Source of the DNA: an uncultured Spirochaetia bacterium | Lineage (GTDB): Bacteria > Oederibacteriota > PGYV01 > Palsa-1178 | Direction of reading: 5' to 3' | Assembly (NCBI GenBank): GCA_964443355.1 | Contig: CAYUDX010000014.1 | Span: forward strand, 17,992-81,991 | DNA: 64,000 bases | In this document: one piece after another, positions 17,922 to 26,580 of the stretch | Position numbering within the stretch: the stretch's first letter is position 1 | Layout: each line of letters starts with the position of its first letter | Program-made: the position numbers and the translations under genes | Notes under the pieces: model-generated | Told to the model about the DNA's origin: nothing | The model's database searches: none | What the model saw: only the letters and a program-made list of their open reading frames with translations

Positions 17922-18070
17922 CGCAAACAATGTCAATCCAACCAGTCGTTTTACTTCACATATCAAAATTGCTTGCGTCCGTGAAAATCCTGATATTTTC
18001 ATCTATCTATTTTTCACGGACTACCAACAACCTGGAGCGCGTACGTTTGTCTTTGCTTATCATAAAAAAA

Positions 18071-18146
18071 TGGTCGGGGCGACTGGATTCGAACCAGCGG
18101 CCTCTTGGTCCCGAACCAAGCGCGCTACCAACTGCGCTACGCCCCG
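18071..18146 (-). tRNA. tRNA-Pro(CGG)
   Basis: CGGGGCGTAGCGCAGTTGGTAGCGCGCTTGGTTCGGGACCAAGAGGCCGCTGGTTCGAATCCAGTCGCCCCGACCA; 76 nt, anticodon CGG. Confidence 0.97.
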
Positions 18147-18431
18147 ACCTATCAATTTAACCTGTCGTCTTACTTCGCATCATGATGTCGGTAGTGTCCG
18201 TGGAAATCCTTATATTTTCCTTAATTTCATTTCCACGGGCTACGCCCCGACCTCATTAATTTATATTTATTATTCTATGTCGGGGCGTGTCCGGAAAGAG
18301 TCTAATAGAATTTCCTCTATTTCTCTTTCCGGACTACGCCCACGGCCTTTATACTTTATTTTCTTAAAAACCCGCATTATTTTTAACGGAACAAAATTTT
18401 ACAGGAATACCCGCATATTTTCAAGTCTTTT

Positions 18432-18800
18432 TTACAACACAGCCTGGTTTTCAAGCAAATGCATTGCCTCGACTATCTCGTTCCTCACGTCTTTCAGCTT
18501 GTCCATGGTGAGCTTTTCCTCTATGCCGAAAAGTTCCATCTGTTCGCCGTCGATCTCCGCAAGGAGCTCCTTTAATTTTTTCTGGGCCCCGCTTATCTTA
18601 TATTCCTCGACATAAAGCAGTTTTTTTATGAGGAATATGACGTCGATATCCTTCTTGGTGTATTTGCGCTGGCCGACCCTGTTCTTTATGGGCTGTAACT
18701 CCTCGAAATTCTGCTCCCAGAACCTGATGACCGACTCCCTGACGCCCGTCAGCTGGGCCACTTCCCTTATCGGATAATACTTTTTCTCCCTGACATCCAT
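18432..18800 (-). CDS. MerR-family transcriptional regulator
   Basis: YYPIREVAQLTGVRESVIRFWEQNF..GQRKYTKKDI; position upstream of tRNA-Pro matches the common merR-tRNA-Pro synteny. Confidence 0.92.
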   Translation of the reverse strand: MDVREKKYYPIREVAQLTGVRESVIRFWEQNFEELQPIKNRVGQRKYTKKDIDVIFLIKKLLYVEEYKISGAQKKLKELLAEIDGEQMELFGIEEKLTMDKLKDVRNEIVEAMHLLENQAVL

Positions 18801-18812
18801 TTTTAGCCCCCT

Positions 18813-19817
18813 TTAATCCACAAATTCCTGCTCTGATTTCGCGGGCCTGTTCATAAGGTCCCTGACCGAATCACGCGGAGATTTGCCTTTATAGAGCGCC
18901 TCATACACTTCCCTGCATATGGGCATGTCCACCTTATATTTTTTCGCGAGGCTGTGGACAGAAAGGGTCGTTTTCACGCCTTCCGCCACCATTACCATGC
19001 CCCCGAGTATCTCTTCGATCTTCCTGCCGCGGCCGAGCTGTTCGCCGACGAACCTGTTGCGGCTGTGTTTTGATTCGCATGTCACCACAAGGTCCCCGAT
19101 GCCGGAGAGCCCGTAAAACGTGTCGCCGGATGCCCCCATGGCCACTCCGAGTCGCCTCATTTCGGCCATCCCCCTTGTGATAAGCGCGGCTTTTGTATTG
19201 TCCCCCATATCAAGCCCGTCAAGGATCCCGGCTGCTATGGCAATGACGTTCTTCACGCTTCCGCCGAGCTCGACCCCGATTATGTCCTGCCTGCTGTACG
19301 TCCTGAAATAATTTTTATTGAAGAACATGGACCGCACCGCCTCGGATAGGGCCGTGTCCTTTGAGGCCGCCACGACCGTCGTGGGCACTTTTCTCCCGAC
19401 TTCCTCGGCGTGGGACGGCCCGGAAAGAACAGCCACCTTCACCCTGCCAAGAACGTCCTTTATCACCTGCGACATCGTCATGAGGGTCTTCTGCTCGATG
19501 CCCTTTGTGACGCTTATGAATACCCTGGACCTGTAGTCCATTTTTTTTATCCTTAAAAGCAGGCTCCTCATAAAATGGGAAGGCTGCGCCAGCACTATGT
19601 ATGACGAGGCGTCCATGGCGGTTTTCAGGTCGGATGTTATAATTATTTCCTCGGGTATCTTCACGCCCTTCAGGAACTTTATATTTTCCCTTTTACTTTC
19701 CAGGACCCCGGCGTAATCCGCGAAAAATTCCCAGAGCGTCACCTCATGGCCCCGTTCGCTCAAAAGAATGGCAAGGGCCGTGCCCCAGCCTCCGGCCCCG
19801 AGTACCGTTACTTTCAT
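18813..19817 (-). CDS. gpsA: NAD(P)H-dependent glycerol-3-phosphate dehydrogenase
   Basis: VLGAGGWGTALA, LSGPSHAEEV, GGSVKNVIAIAAG, GIGDLVVTC, SRNR, AEGVKT. Confidence 0.97.
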   Translation of the reverse strand: MKVTVLGAGGWGTALAILLSERGHEVTLWEFFADYAGVLESKRENIKFLKGVKIPEEIIITSDLKTAMDASSYIVLAQPSHFMRSLLLRIKKMDYRSRVFISVTKGIEQKTLMTMSQVIKDVLGRVKVAVLSGPSHAEEVGRKVPTTVVAASKDTALSEAVRSMFFNKNYFRTYSRQDIIGVELGGSVKNVIAIAAGILDGLDMGDNTKAALITRGMAEMRRLGVAMGASGDTFYGLSGIGDLVVTCESKHSRNRFVGEQLGRGRKIEEILGGMVMVAEGVKTTLSVHSLAKKYKVDMPICREVYEALYKGKSPRDSVRDLMNRPAKSEQEFVD

Positions 19818-20473
19818 TTTTTTACCTCTTTCCGCGGCGCCGTCTCTTTCCCGTTATTTGACGCCCCGAATTCAAACTTATTCTCGGTGCCGTCAAGCAG
19901 CCTTTTTATATTGTCCTTGTGCTTGTATATGACGAAAGCCGCCACAATTATGGATGTTATCTGCACCAGGCCGAGAAAACCGCCCTCTCCGTAATTAAGG
20001 ACGAACACCGGCAGTAATATTGCGGCCAGCACAGAGCCGGCGGATATATACCTGAAAAACAGCACTGTGACGACAAAAACTATGAATGCGGTCGTGGTCG
20101 CGGCCGGTGACAGCGCGAGGAAAACCCCGAGAGCGGTGGCCACTCCCTTGCCTCCCTTGAACTTCAGGAATATGGTGAACGTGTGGCCAAGCACCGCGGC
20201 TATTCCCGCTATTACCCCCACCCACGGGAACTTTGCCCATAAAACCGAACCCAGCAGGAAAACAGGCACAAACCCCTTGAGCGCGTCAAGGACAAGCACG
20301 ATAACGAACCATTTCATCCCGAGGACCCTTTTTACGTTAGTCGCGCCGATATTGCCGCTTCCCACGGTGCGTATGTCGATATTCTTCCTTGATTTTACTA
20401 TGAGGTACCCGGTGGGTATGGCGCCGATAAAATAGGGAATTACAAGCGCCGATATCAGTGCCAGAATCCACAT
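19814..20473 (-). CDS. plsY: Glycerol-3-phosphate 1-O-acyltransferase
   Basis: DIRTVGSGNIGATN, LDALKG, GHTF..FKGGKGVAT, KHKDNIKRLLDGTE. Confidence 0.96.
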   Translation of the reverse strand: MWILALISALVIPYFIGAIPTGYLIVKSRKNIDIRTVGSGNIGATNVKRVLGMKWFVIVLVLDALKGFVPVFLLGSVLWAKFPWVGVIAGIAAVLGHTFTIFLKFKGGKGVATALGVFLALSPAATTTAFIVFVVTVLFFRYISAGSVLAAILLPVFVLNYGEGGFLGLVQITSIIVAAFVIYKHKDNIKRLLDGTENKFEFGASNNGKETAPRKEVKK

Positions 20474-20486
20474 GCAAATGGCCTCC

Positions 20487-21824
20487 TTATTTTTCTTCCT
20501 TCTGCTGCCTGGGCTTGATCTTTAACTTGAGCGGGGACCCCTCGAAACCGAAAGATTCCCTGAGCTTATTCTCAAGATAACGCATATATGAAACGTCCAA
20601 TTTTTCCTTTTTGTTCACAAATAAGGCGAAAGTCGGCGGGGCCGTTTCCACCTGCGAGATATAATATATCTTAACGTCCCCTCTTTTCGAAAAAACAGCC
20701 TTTTCATGGATCGCCTGCTGGAATACTTTATTGAGCAAAGAGGTCTTGATTCTGGAATTATACTGTTTTTCAACATAAAAAACAACATTTAATAATTCCT
20801 CGAGCCCCTTCGATTTAAGGGCCGAAACATAGACTATAGGCGCAAAGGCCACGAATTTTGCGATGTCCCTGATATATTCCGTGAACTGCAACTTGACCTC
20901 GTCCCGCCGGGATTGCTCAACCAGGTCCCATTTGTTCGCGACGATGACGACGGCCTTGAGGTTCTCAACTGCGTAGCCCAGGAGTTTCTTGTCCATCTCC
21001 ATGAGACCGTCGATGCAGTCCACCACAAGCAGGGCCATGTCTCCCCTCTTTATGTTCATAAAGGCGCGGCCGACGGAATACTCCTCGGCTTTCATTTTTA
21101 TGTTCTTCCTCTTCTTGACTCCGGCGGTGTCTATCAGAAGCAGTTTTTTACCCTCATACTCCACAAGGGTGTCGATTGAATCGCGCGTCGTGCCCGGTAT
21201 CTCGGTCACGATCGAGCGCTCTTCCCTGACCAGCGCGTTAAAAAGCGAGGACTTGCCGACGTTCTCCCTGCCGACGATGGCCACTTTTGTGACCGTGTCG
21301 TCTTCGGCCCCGGATTTTAACTCCTCTATGCCGCCGGTTATATAATCAAGCAGGTCGTCAAACCCGTATGAATGGGCCGCCGACACCGGGAACACCGTGT
21401 CGACTCCCAGGTTATGGAACTCGTAGGCGTTTATTTCCTTGGACGGCGTGTCGACCTTGTTGGCCACCACCACAAAAGGCGTCCCGCTTTTTTTTATGAA
21501 ATCAAAGACTTCCCTGTCCTCGGGCACAATGCCCGCCACGACATCAACGACAAAGAGCACGAGGTCCACTTCCTTGATGACGGCTTTCACTATCTTGACG
21601 ACCTCGTTCTTTATGCGGTCCTGCTCGTTGAAAAGAAGGCCGCCCGTGTCGATGAGCGTGAATTTCTTTCCCAGCCATTCCGCCTCGCCGTAGATCTTGT
21701 CCCGCGTCACCCCGGGGAAATCGTCGACAATTGATTTCTGCCTGTTGATGAGCTTGTTGAATATGGAGGATTTTCCGACATTTTCCCTGCCGGCGATAAG
21801 GACGGTGTATTCTGTGCTTTTCAT
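20487..21824 (-). CDS. der: Ribosome biogenesis GTPase Der/EngA (start corrected to ATG 21824)
   Basis: Two GTPase domains (GRENVGKSS twice, DTGG/DTAG, NKVD/NKWD) and a KH-like C-terminus (PPTF..GFEGSP). Confidence 0.96.
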   Translation of the reverse strand: MKSTEYTVLIAGRENVGKSSIFNKLINRQKSIVDDFPGVTRDKIYGEAEWLGKKFTLIDTGGLLFNEQDRIKNEVVKIVKAVIKEVDLVLFVVDVVAGIVPEDREVFDFIKKSGTPFVVVANKVDTPSKEINAYEFHNLGVDTVFPVSAAHSYGFDDLLDYITGGIEELKSGAEDDTVTKVAIVGRENVGKSSLFNALVREERSIVTEIPGTTRDSIDTLVEYEGKKLLLIDTAGVKKRKNIKMKAEEYSVGRAFMNIKRGDMALLVVDCIDGLMEMDKKLLGYAVENLKAVVIVANKWDLVEQSRRDEVKLQFTEYIRDIAKFVAFAPIVYVSALKSKGLEELLNVVFYVEKQYNSRIKTSLLNKVFQQAIHEKAVFSKRGDVKIYYISQVETAPPTFALFVNKKEKLDVSYMRYLENKLRESFGFEGSPLKLKIKPRQQKEEK

Positions 21825-21930
21825 TTTTTTCTCCAGCTGTTTAAAAAGTAAAAATTTAAAATTAATAACCAATAAGTAAAACAGGAACGCCCACTGGTCC
21901 CGACTTTTAACTTTTAAATTTTTTTAAAAC

Positions 21931-21972
21931 AAAGACGTGTCGGGCGTTTTGTTTCGCGCCCGACACGTCTTT
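21931..21972. terminator. Perfect 16-bp stem-loop upstream of der (terminator/attenuator-like)
   Basis: aaagacgtgtcgggcg / cgcccgacacgtcttt; on the minus strand the stem ends in TTT and is followed by GTTTT. Confidence 0.6.
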
Positions 21973-21981
21973 TATATTGAT

Positions 21982-22010
21982 ATTATATGGATTACCGCCC
22001 GATTTTGCAA
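21982..22010 (-). promoter_or_regulatory. Sigma-70 promoter upstream of der
   Basis: TTGCAA-N17-TATAAT. Confidence 0.7.
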
Positions 22011-22036
22011 TGCTTATTTGGCGGCTTTGCGTTGTT

Positions 22037-22387
22037 TTAATTAAGCAGGTTCAGGTACTCGCTCAATGTCTCGTTATCATGCGGTGAAAGTGAAATAAAA
22101 CTTATCCCCGCTATGTATCCGCCCGCGTCTTTCCTGCACCACTCCACCTCGCCGAAGGTGTTTATCTTCTTGCGGTCCTCTATTTCCAGGTCAAGCCTCA
22201 TGACATCGCCTTCCCTGATAAAACCCTCCACCTGAAGGCAGACTCCCCTTTTTGAAATATCCTTTGTCCTGGCTTTTTTGTACCTGAAAGAAAGCAGGTC
22301 AAAATCTTCGCCAAAGAGTTTGTATTCGGCGGTGAGATCATTTTTGAATCTTGTGTCAATTCGTCTTTCGGAGTAATCATCTTCCAT
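22037..22387 (-). CDS. Single-domain PilZ protein
   Basis: ERRIDTR (RxxxR) and DISKRG (DxSxxG) c-di-GMP-binding motifs; GGAGG RBS favours ATG 22387. Confidence 0.88.
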   Translation of the reverse strand: MEDDYSERRIDTRFKNDLTAEYKLFGEDFDLLSFRYKKARTKDISKRGVCLQVEGFIREGDVMRLDLEIEDRKKINTFGEVEWCRKDAGGYIAGISFISLSPHDNETLSEYLNLLN

Positions 22388-22423
22388 GCGCGCGACCTCC
22401 ACAAAAGAGTTTTTACATACTTA

Positions 22424-22452
22424 AGTTTAAACGATTAAGTTGATTTTGTCAA
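22424..22452 (-). promoter_or_regulatory. Sigma-70 promoter of the PilZ gene
   Basis: TTGACA-N17-TAAACT. Confidence 0.65.
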
Positions 22453-22521
22453 ATAATAATGAAATATTAATCAATAAATGAACCCTGTTTCAGCATAATT
22501 TTTCCTGAAAATCCCTTCTTT

Positions 22522-24468
22522 TTATGCATTATCCACCCTTTCCAGCGACCCTGATATCCCGCCGCCCCGGCCTGCCTCAAACCCGGTTAACCTGAAAATA
22601 TCGTGCATCAGGATGCTGTCGTTATCCATGCCGGTCAGCCGGGTTATATGCGTGATACGCCTGCTGCCGTCCCTGAACCTTGCCTGCTGGACAATTATGT
22701 TCACCGCCCCCTTTATCTGCTCCCGGAGAGCCTTCACCGGCAGTTCTATTCCCGCCATCAGCGCCATGACCTCGACCCTTGATACGGCGTCGCGCGGCGA
22801 ATTTGAATGGACCGTGGTCATGGAACCGTCGTGTCCCGTGTTCATTGCCTGGAGCATGTCAAGGGTCTCGCCCGCCCTGCATTCCCCCACGATTATCCTG
22901 TCCGGCCTCATCCTGAGGGAATTCTTCACAAGATCCCTTATGGTCACCGCGCCCGCCCCCTCCATATTGGCCGGCCTCGCCTCGAGCCTCACGACGTGTT
23001 CCTGGTCAAGCTTGAGTTCAGCGGAATCCTCTATGGTAATTATCCTCTCGTCCTCCGGGATAAAAGATGACAGGACATTGAGCAGGGTTGTTTTTCCGGA
23101 GCCTGTTCCGCCGGATATAAGGATGTTGTTCCTTCCAAGGACCGCGTCCCTGAGATAATCCGCCGCCGCCTGCGTCAGGCTGCCGCGGCCGACCAGGTCG
23201 GAAACGGACAGCTTGTTCTTTGAAAATTTCCTCACGGTCAGGACCGGCCCGTTCAGGGACAGCGGCGGTATTATGGCGTTCACCCTTGAGCCGTCCGGCA
23301 GGCGCGCGTCGACGTAAGGGGATGACTCGTCGATCCTCCTTCCCAGAGGGAAAACGATGCGCTCTATGGAGCGCATGACGCTCTGGTCGTCGGTGTAAGA
23401 GGCCCCGGTCCTGTAAAGCCGTCCGGAACTTTCCACGTATATTTCGTCACAGCCGTTTACCATGACCTCGCTGACATCCGGGTCGCCAAGGAACCGCTCG
23501 ATCGCGCCGAGCCCCGCAACCTCGTTGAATATTTCCCCTGTTACCAGCTCGCGCTCGCCTCCGGAATCCGGGGTGTCCGGCTCCTGGTCGAGGAGCCCGC
23601 GTATTTTTTTTCGGATGCCGTCGAATATCAGGGCTTTTTTCGCGGGATGCGTCAGCGCGTCCTTTTCCATATTATTGATATCAAGCTCGCCGAGCACCCT
23701 GAGGCGGACCCTCTTTTTTAACTCCTTAAAATCCCCTCCTGCGGCAAAACCCGGCATAACCGGCCCATGGCTGCCCGCCCGGGCCGTCTGCGGCAACTTT
23801 TTGTCGGCCGTTTTACCGGGGGTATCCATGAGTTTTTGCGCAAGTTCCCTTACAGCTGAAAGATATTTGTCCTTTTTTCCCCTCATGGCGCACATAGCCC
23901 CCCTGCCTGTCGCCTCTTTTATTTCTTCGCTGAAAGGTATGACCGACATTACGCGGGTATCATTGAATATGGCTGAAAGCTCCTCGCCGGAAAATCCCGG
24001 GGAATCGTTCATATTGACGGCCACGCCCATGCATGCGGAGGGATAATTCATTTCCCTGAGCATCGAGGCGAGATAATTCGCCCTCGTTATGTATTCCCTG
24101 CTGAAAAGCACGGGGATAAGGAATATGGAGGTCATGCCGAGAACTTCCCTTTGCGGCTCTCCGGAAGAATCGATGATAAAAATATCGGCATGCCCCTCAA
24201 AATCGCATATTGCCGCGCACGGGTCCTGCCCGCATGCCATGGCGAATCCCAGCCGTTCGTCAAAAAAACTTTCCGGTGTTTTCCCGGGAAGGAAAATGCC
24301 GCCTTCCCCCGCCCCGGTATATGCCCTGCCGTCGTAAACGCCGCTCCCCTGCTCGAATACCGCGGTTTTTATCCCCGATTCCCGGCTGAGGGCCGCGGCA
24401 AGCGACAGGCTAAGGGTCGTCCTGCCCGCGCCGTCCCTTAAGTTCATCAGTGTGATTATCTTTTTCAT
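22522..24468 (-). CDS. Fusion of a ParA/MinD-like (CpaE/TadZ-type) domain and a CpaF/TadA pilus ATPase
   Basis: N-terminal deviant P-loop MNLRDGAGRTTLSLSLA; C-terminal PYVDARLPDGSRVNAIIPP, Walker A GGTGSGKT, LRMRPDRIIVGE, MNTGHDGSMTTVH. Confidence 0.88.
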   Translation of the reverse strand: MKKIITLMNLRDGAGRTTLSLSLAAALSRESGIKTAVFEQGSGVYDGRAYTGAGEGGIFLPGKTPESFFDERLGFAMACGQDPCAAICDFEGHADIFIIDSSGEPQREVLGMTSIFLIPVLFSREYITRANYLASMLREMNYPSACMGVAVNMNDSPGFSGEELSAIFNDTRVMSVIPFSEEIKEATGRGAMCAMRGKKDKYLSAVRELAQKLMDTPGKTADKKLPQTARAGSHGPVMPGFAAGGDFKELKKRVRLRVLGELDINNMEKDALTHPAKKALIFDGIRKKIRGLLDQEPDTPDSGGERELVTGEIFNEVAGLGAIERFLGDPDVSEVMVNGCDEIYVESSGRLYRTGASYTDDQSVMRSIERIVFPLGRRIDESSPYVDARLPDGSRVNAIIPPLSLNGPVLTVRKFSKNKLSVSDLVGRGSLTQAAADYLRDAVLGRNNILISGGTGSGKTTLLNVLSSFIPEDERIITIEDSAELKLDQEHVVRLEARPANMEGAGAVTIRDLVKNSLRMRPDRIIVGECRAGETLDMLQAMNTGHDGSMTTVHSNSPRDAVSRVEVMALMAGIELPVKALREQIKGAVNIIVQQARFRDGSRRITHITRLTGMDNDSILMHDIFRLTGFEAGRGGGISGSLERVDNA

Positions 24469-25469
24469 TCGATATCGCTTCCCTGAAGCCCCGCCATCCT
24501 GGGCGTGACGAATATGACCAGCTCGCTCTTTTTGCCGCTGGAATTTGTCGTTTTGAACAATTCCCCGAGGAACGGGATCCCGGAGAGGACCGGCACGCCG
24601 GAAGCCGTCTTGTCCTGCTGGTCCTCTATGAGCCCGGCTATCACCACGGTATTGTCCGGGGCCACATTGATGTTGGTCTCTGCCCTGCGCGTCTTTATTG
24701 CCGGTATCTGCCCCTGGCCGTAATTGACTGCGTTGGTATAGTCAAGGTTCGAGACCTCGGCTTTTATGCGGGCCTCTATCGCCCCGTCTTTTGCCGTCTT
24801 CGGGTCGATCTCAAGGGTTACCCCGTAGGATTTCCATTGTACGCTCGCCTGCCCCTGTGTGTTGACGGTCACCACGGGCACCTCCCCGCCTGATAAAAAA
24901 CTTGCGGCTTTCCCGTTGGAGGCCATAAGCTTGGGTTTCGCGAGCACCCTTGCGTAATTATTTGTCACAAGAAAATCAAGGAGGATGTTTATCTTGCCCC
25001 GGGTAAAAGTCGTGCCCAGGGCGGAGAATGCCGGCGGAGACTGCTCGACGGCGTTAAGGCTCAAAAGCGGCAGACCGTTACTGGGCAGCGGGCCGTTTAT
25101 GAGTGCCGGCCAGTCTATGCCGCAACTGAACTGGTCTATCATGGATATCTCAAGTATCTGCACGTCTATCTCTATCATGGAATCGGCTTTTTCCGCCTTT
25201 ATAACATTGACCATAAGGCTTTCTTTCGAGCCGTTGCCGGCGATGTTTATGACCGTGGTCCCCGGCCTTTTGCCCTCAATTATTATTTCCTCGTCCGAAA
25301 GAATTGTGGCGGAGGCTATGGATTTGTCTATTGGTTCGGCTTCGGCGGCTTTTTCAAAACGGAGGACCTTTGACCCGCCTTCCCTGATGCTTATATTCTC
25401 CGAAGCGGCAAGAAGAAAAAACGGAAGAAATAAAAACAGTAAAATTACGCAAAAAAATCCCTTGTTCAT
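24465..25469 (-). CDS. CpaC/RcpA-like pilus secretin
   Basis: Signal peptide; N-terminal pilus-formation domain (GKRPGTTVI); secretin core LAKPKLMASNGKAASFLSGGEVP, GVPVLSGIPFLGELFK, ELVIFVTP. Confidence 0.88.
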   Translation of the reverse strand: MNKGFFCVILLFLFLPFFLLAASENISIREGGSKVLRFEKAAEAEPIDKSIASATILSDEEIIIEGKRPGTTVINIAGNGSKESLMVNVIKAEKADSMIEIDVQILEISMIDQFSCGIDWPALINGPLPSNGLPLLSLNAVEQSPPAFSALGTTFTRGKINILLDFLVTNNYARVLAKPKLMASNGKAASFLSGGEVPVVTVNTQGQASVQWKSYGVTLEIDPKTAKDGAIEARIKAEVSNLDYTNAVNYGQGQIPAIKTRRAETNINVAPDNTVVIAGLIEDQQDKTASGVPVLSGIPFLGELFKTTNSSGKKSELVIFVTPRMAGLQGSDIE

Positions 25470-25563
25470 ATTACCCCCCCTATATCTTACAGGTCATATT
25501 ATAAAGAAAAACACTACGGGAGGTATTGACAAATTGGAACGTTTTATACGGAAAAGGTATGCT

Positions 25564-26580
25564 CTAAGGCCGGCTTATGAACCTGGGTTTTTGATCTTTT
25601 TTTGCGGCAAATATGGAATCAAGGACTTCTTTGAATTTTTTATCCTTCATATGCCCGGCAAAATCCGACTTTGCGGCGTCAACCATGGCTGCCAGGGCCG
25701 CCGGGGCCGTGTTGTCCATCGTGAATGTTTTGGCCTGGCCGCTGCTCACAGCAGGCTCGAACCTTATATAATCATGGCGGCTGTCCTTTAGGAAACATTT
25801 TAACTCGTAATCGGCGGACCTTACCTGGCCGGAAAAAAACAGTGTCAAAAGGTCGGTTGACCAGCTGGCAAGCGAGGAATATTTTTTTTTGGACTTTAAA
25901 TTCTCGGAAAAACTTGCGATGGATACCACTTTTATCCTGGTCTTGCCGTCTTTCAGGAAATTCTTATACGCCTCGGCGAGCCCTACCATTGTGGGATTGT
26001 TCGCCCACGAGCCTCCGTCGACGTAGCCGCACTTTTCCCCGAAAGAGTCCATAAAATATTCCGGCATGTATGTCATGGCCGCGGACGAACATGCCACGGC
26101 CTTCCACAGCGGCACATCCCTGTGCTTCAAGGCGCCGGCGCTGTGCGGGGTCCTGAAAACAGTGGTCGCCCCGCGGGTCACGTTAAACGACGTCAGGCAA
26201 AGATAACATTTTTTTATGGATCCCATGTCGGCCTCTTCTCCGTAGAGGGTGCGGTAGGATTTCAGCAGCCTGTCGTTGGAAAATTTTGTCCCGCCTGCCA
26301 CCTGCCATACGGTCCTTATAAAATCCAGGAAAGTTCCCGCCCGGTTGTTGTAAAATATATGGGCGGCGTCGCGGGTGAAAAATGACAATATTTCCGACGG
26401 GGTCTTCCCCGAGGCAAGCGCCGCGGCTATTATGGACCCCGATGACGTCCCGGATATCAGGTCAAAATGGCCCGGTACGGGTTTTTTATAATGTTCCTCG
26501 ATGGCGGAAATAATGGCGGCGGAATATGTCCCGAGCATTCCCCCGCCGTCGATAGAAAGTATCCTGAATTCTTTTCCCAT
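25564..26580 (-). CDS. Patatin-like phospholipase
   Basis: ILSIDGGG, nucleophile GTSSG, catalytic DGG (YVDGGSWANNP). Confidence 0.92.
   Translation of the reverse strand: MGKEFRILSIDGGGMLGTYSAAIISAIEEHYKKPVPGHFDLISGTSSGSIIAAALASGKTPSEILSFFTRDAAHIFYNNRAGTFLDFIRTVWQVAGGTKFSNDRLLKSYRTLYGEEADMGSIKKCYLCLTSFNVTRGATTVFRTPHSAGALKHRDVPLWKAVACSSAAMTYMPEYFMDSFGEKCGYVDGGSWANNPTMVGLAEAYKNFLKDGKTRIKVVSIASFSENLKSKKKYSSLASWSTDLLTLFFSGQVRSADYELKCFLKDSRHDYIRFEPAVSSGQAKTFTMDNTAPAALAAMVDAAKSDFAGHMKDKKFKEVLDSIFAAKKDQKPRFISRP

Larger units (their letters stand above)
17321..18337. repeat. Array of six ~90-100-nt double-hairpin units, each with a GTAG-footed palindrome (REP-like), interleaved with tRNA-Pro pieces
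   Basis: Hairpin plus ctac at 17374-17420, 17571-17617, 17664-17709, 17978-18024, 18197-18243 and 18290-18337 (46-48 nt each, 10-11-bp stems TCCG..AAA./.TTT..CGG). Confidence 0.85.

Noticed and set aside
17265-18340. CRISPR array
   Set aside because: The repeats are tRNA-derived or hairpin units, the intervening segments are homologous to each other rather than unique spacers, and there are no cas genes in the window.
17225-18615. ORFs 17225..17413, 17377..17559, 17444..17692, 17866..18615 and 17930..18160
   Set aside because: They overlap tRNA genes and repeats; MVGxTGFEPA is the standard antisense translation of a tRNA 3' end.
25564-26580. CBASS CapV-type anti-phage effector
   Set aside because: Patatin motifs are present, but there is no CD-NTase or other CBASS gene nearby.
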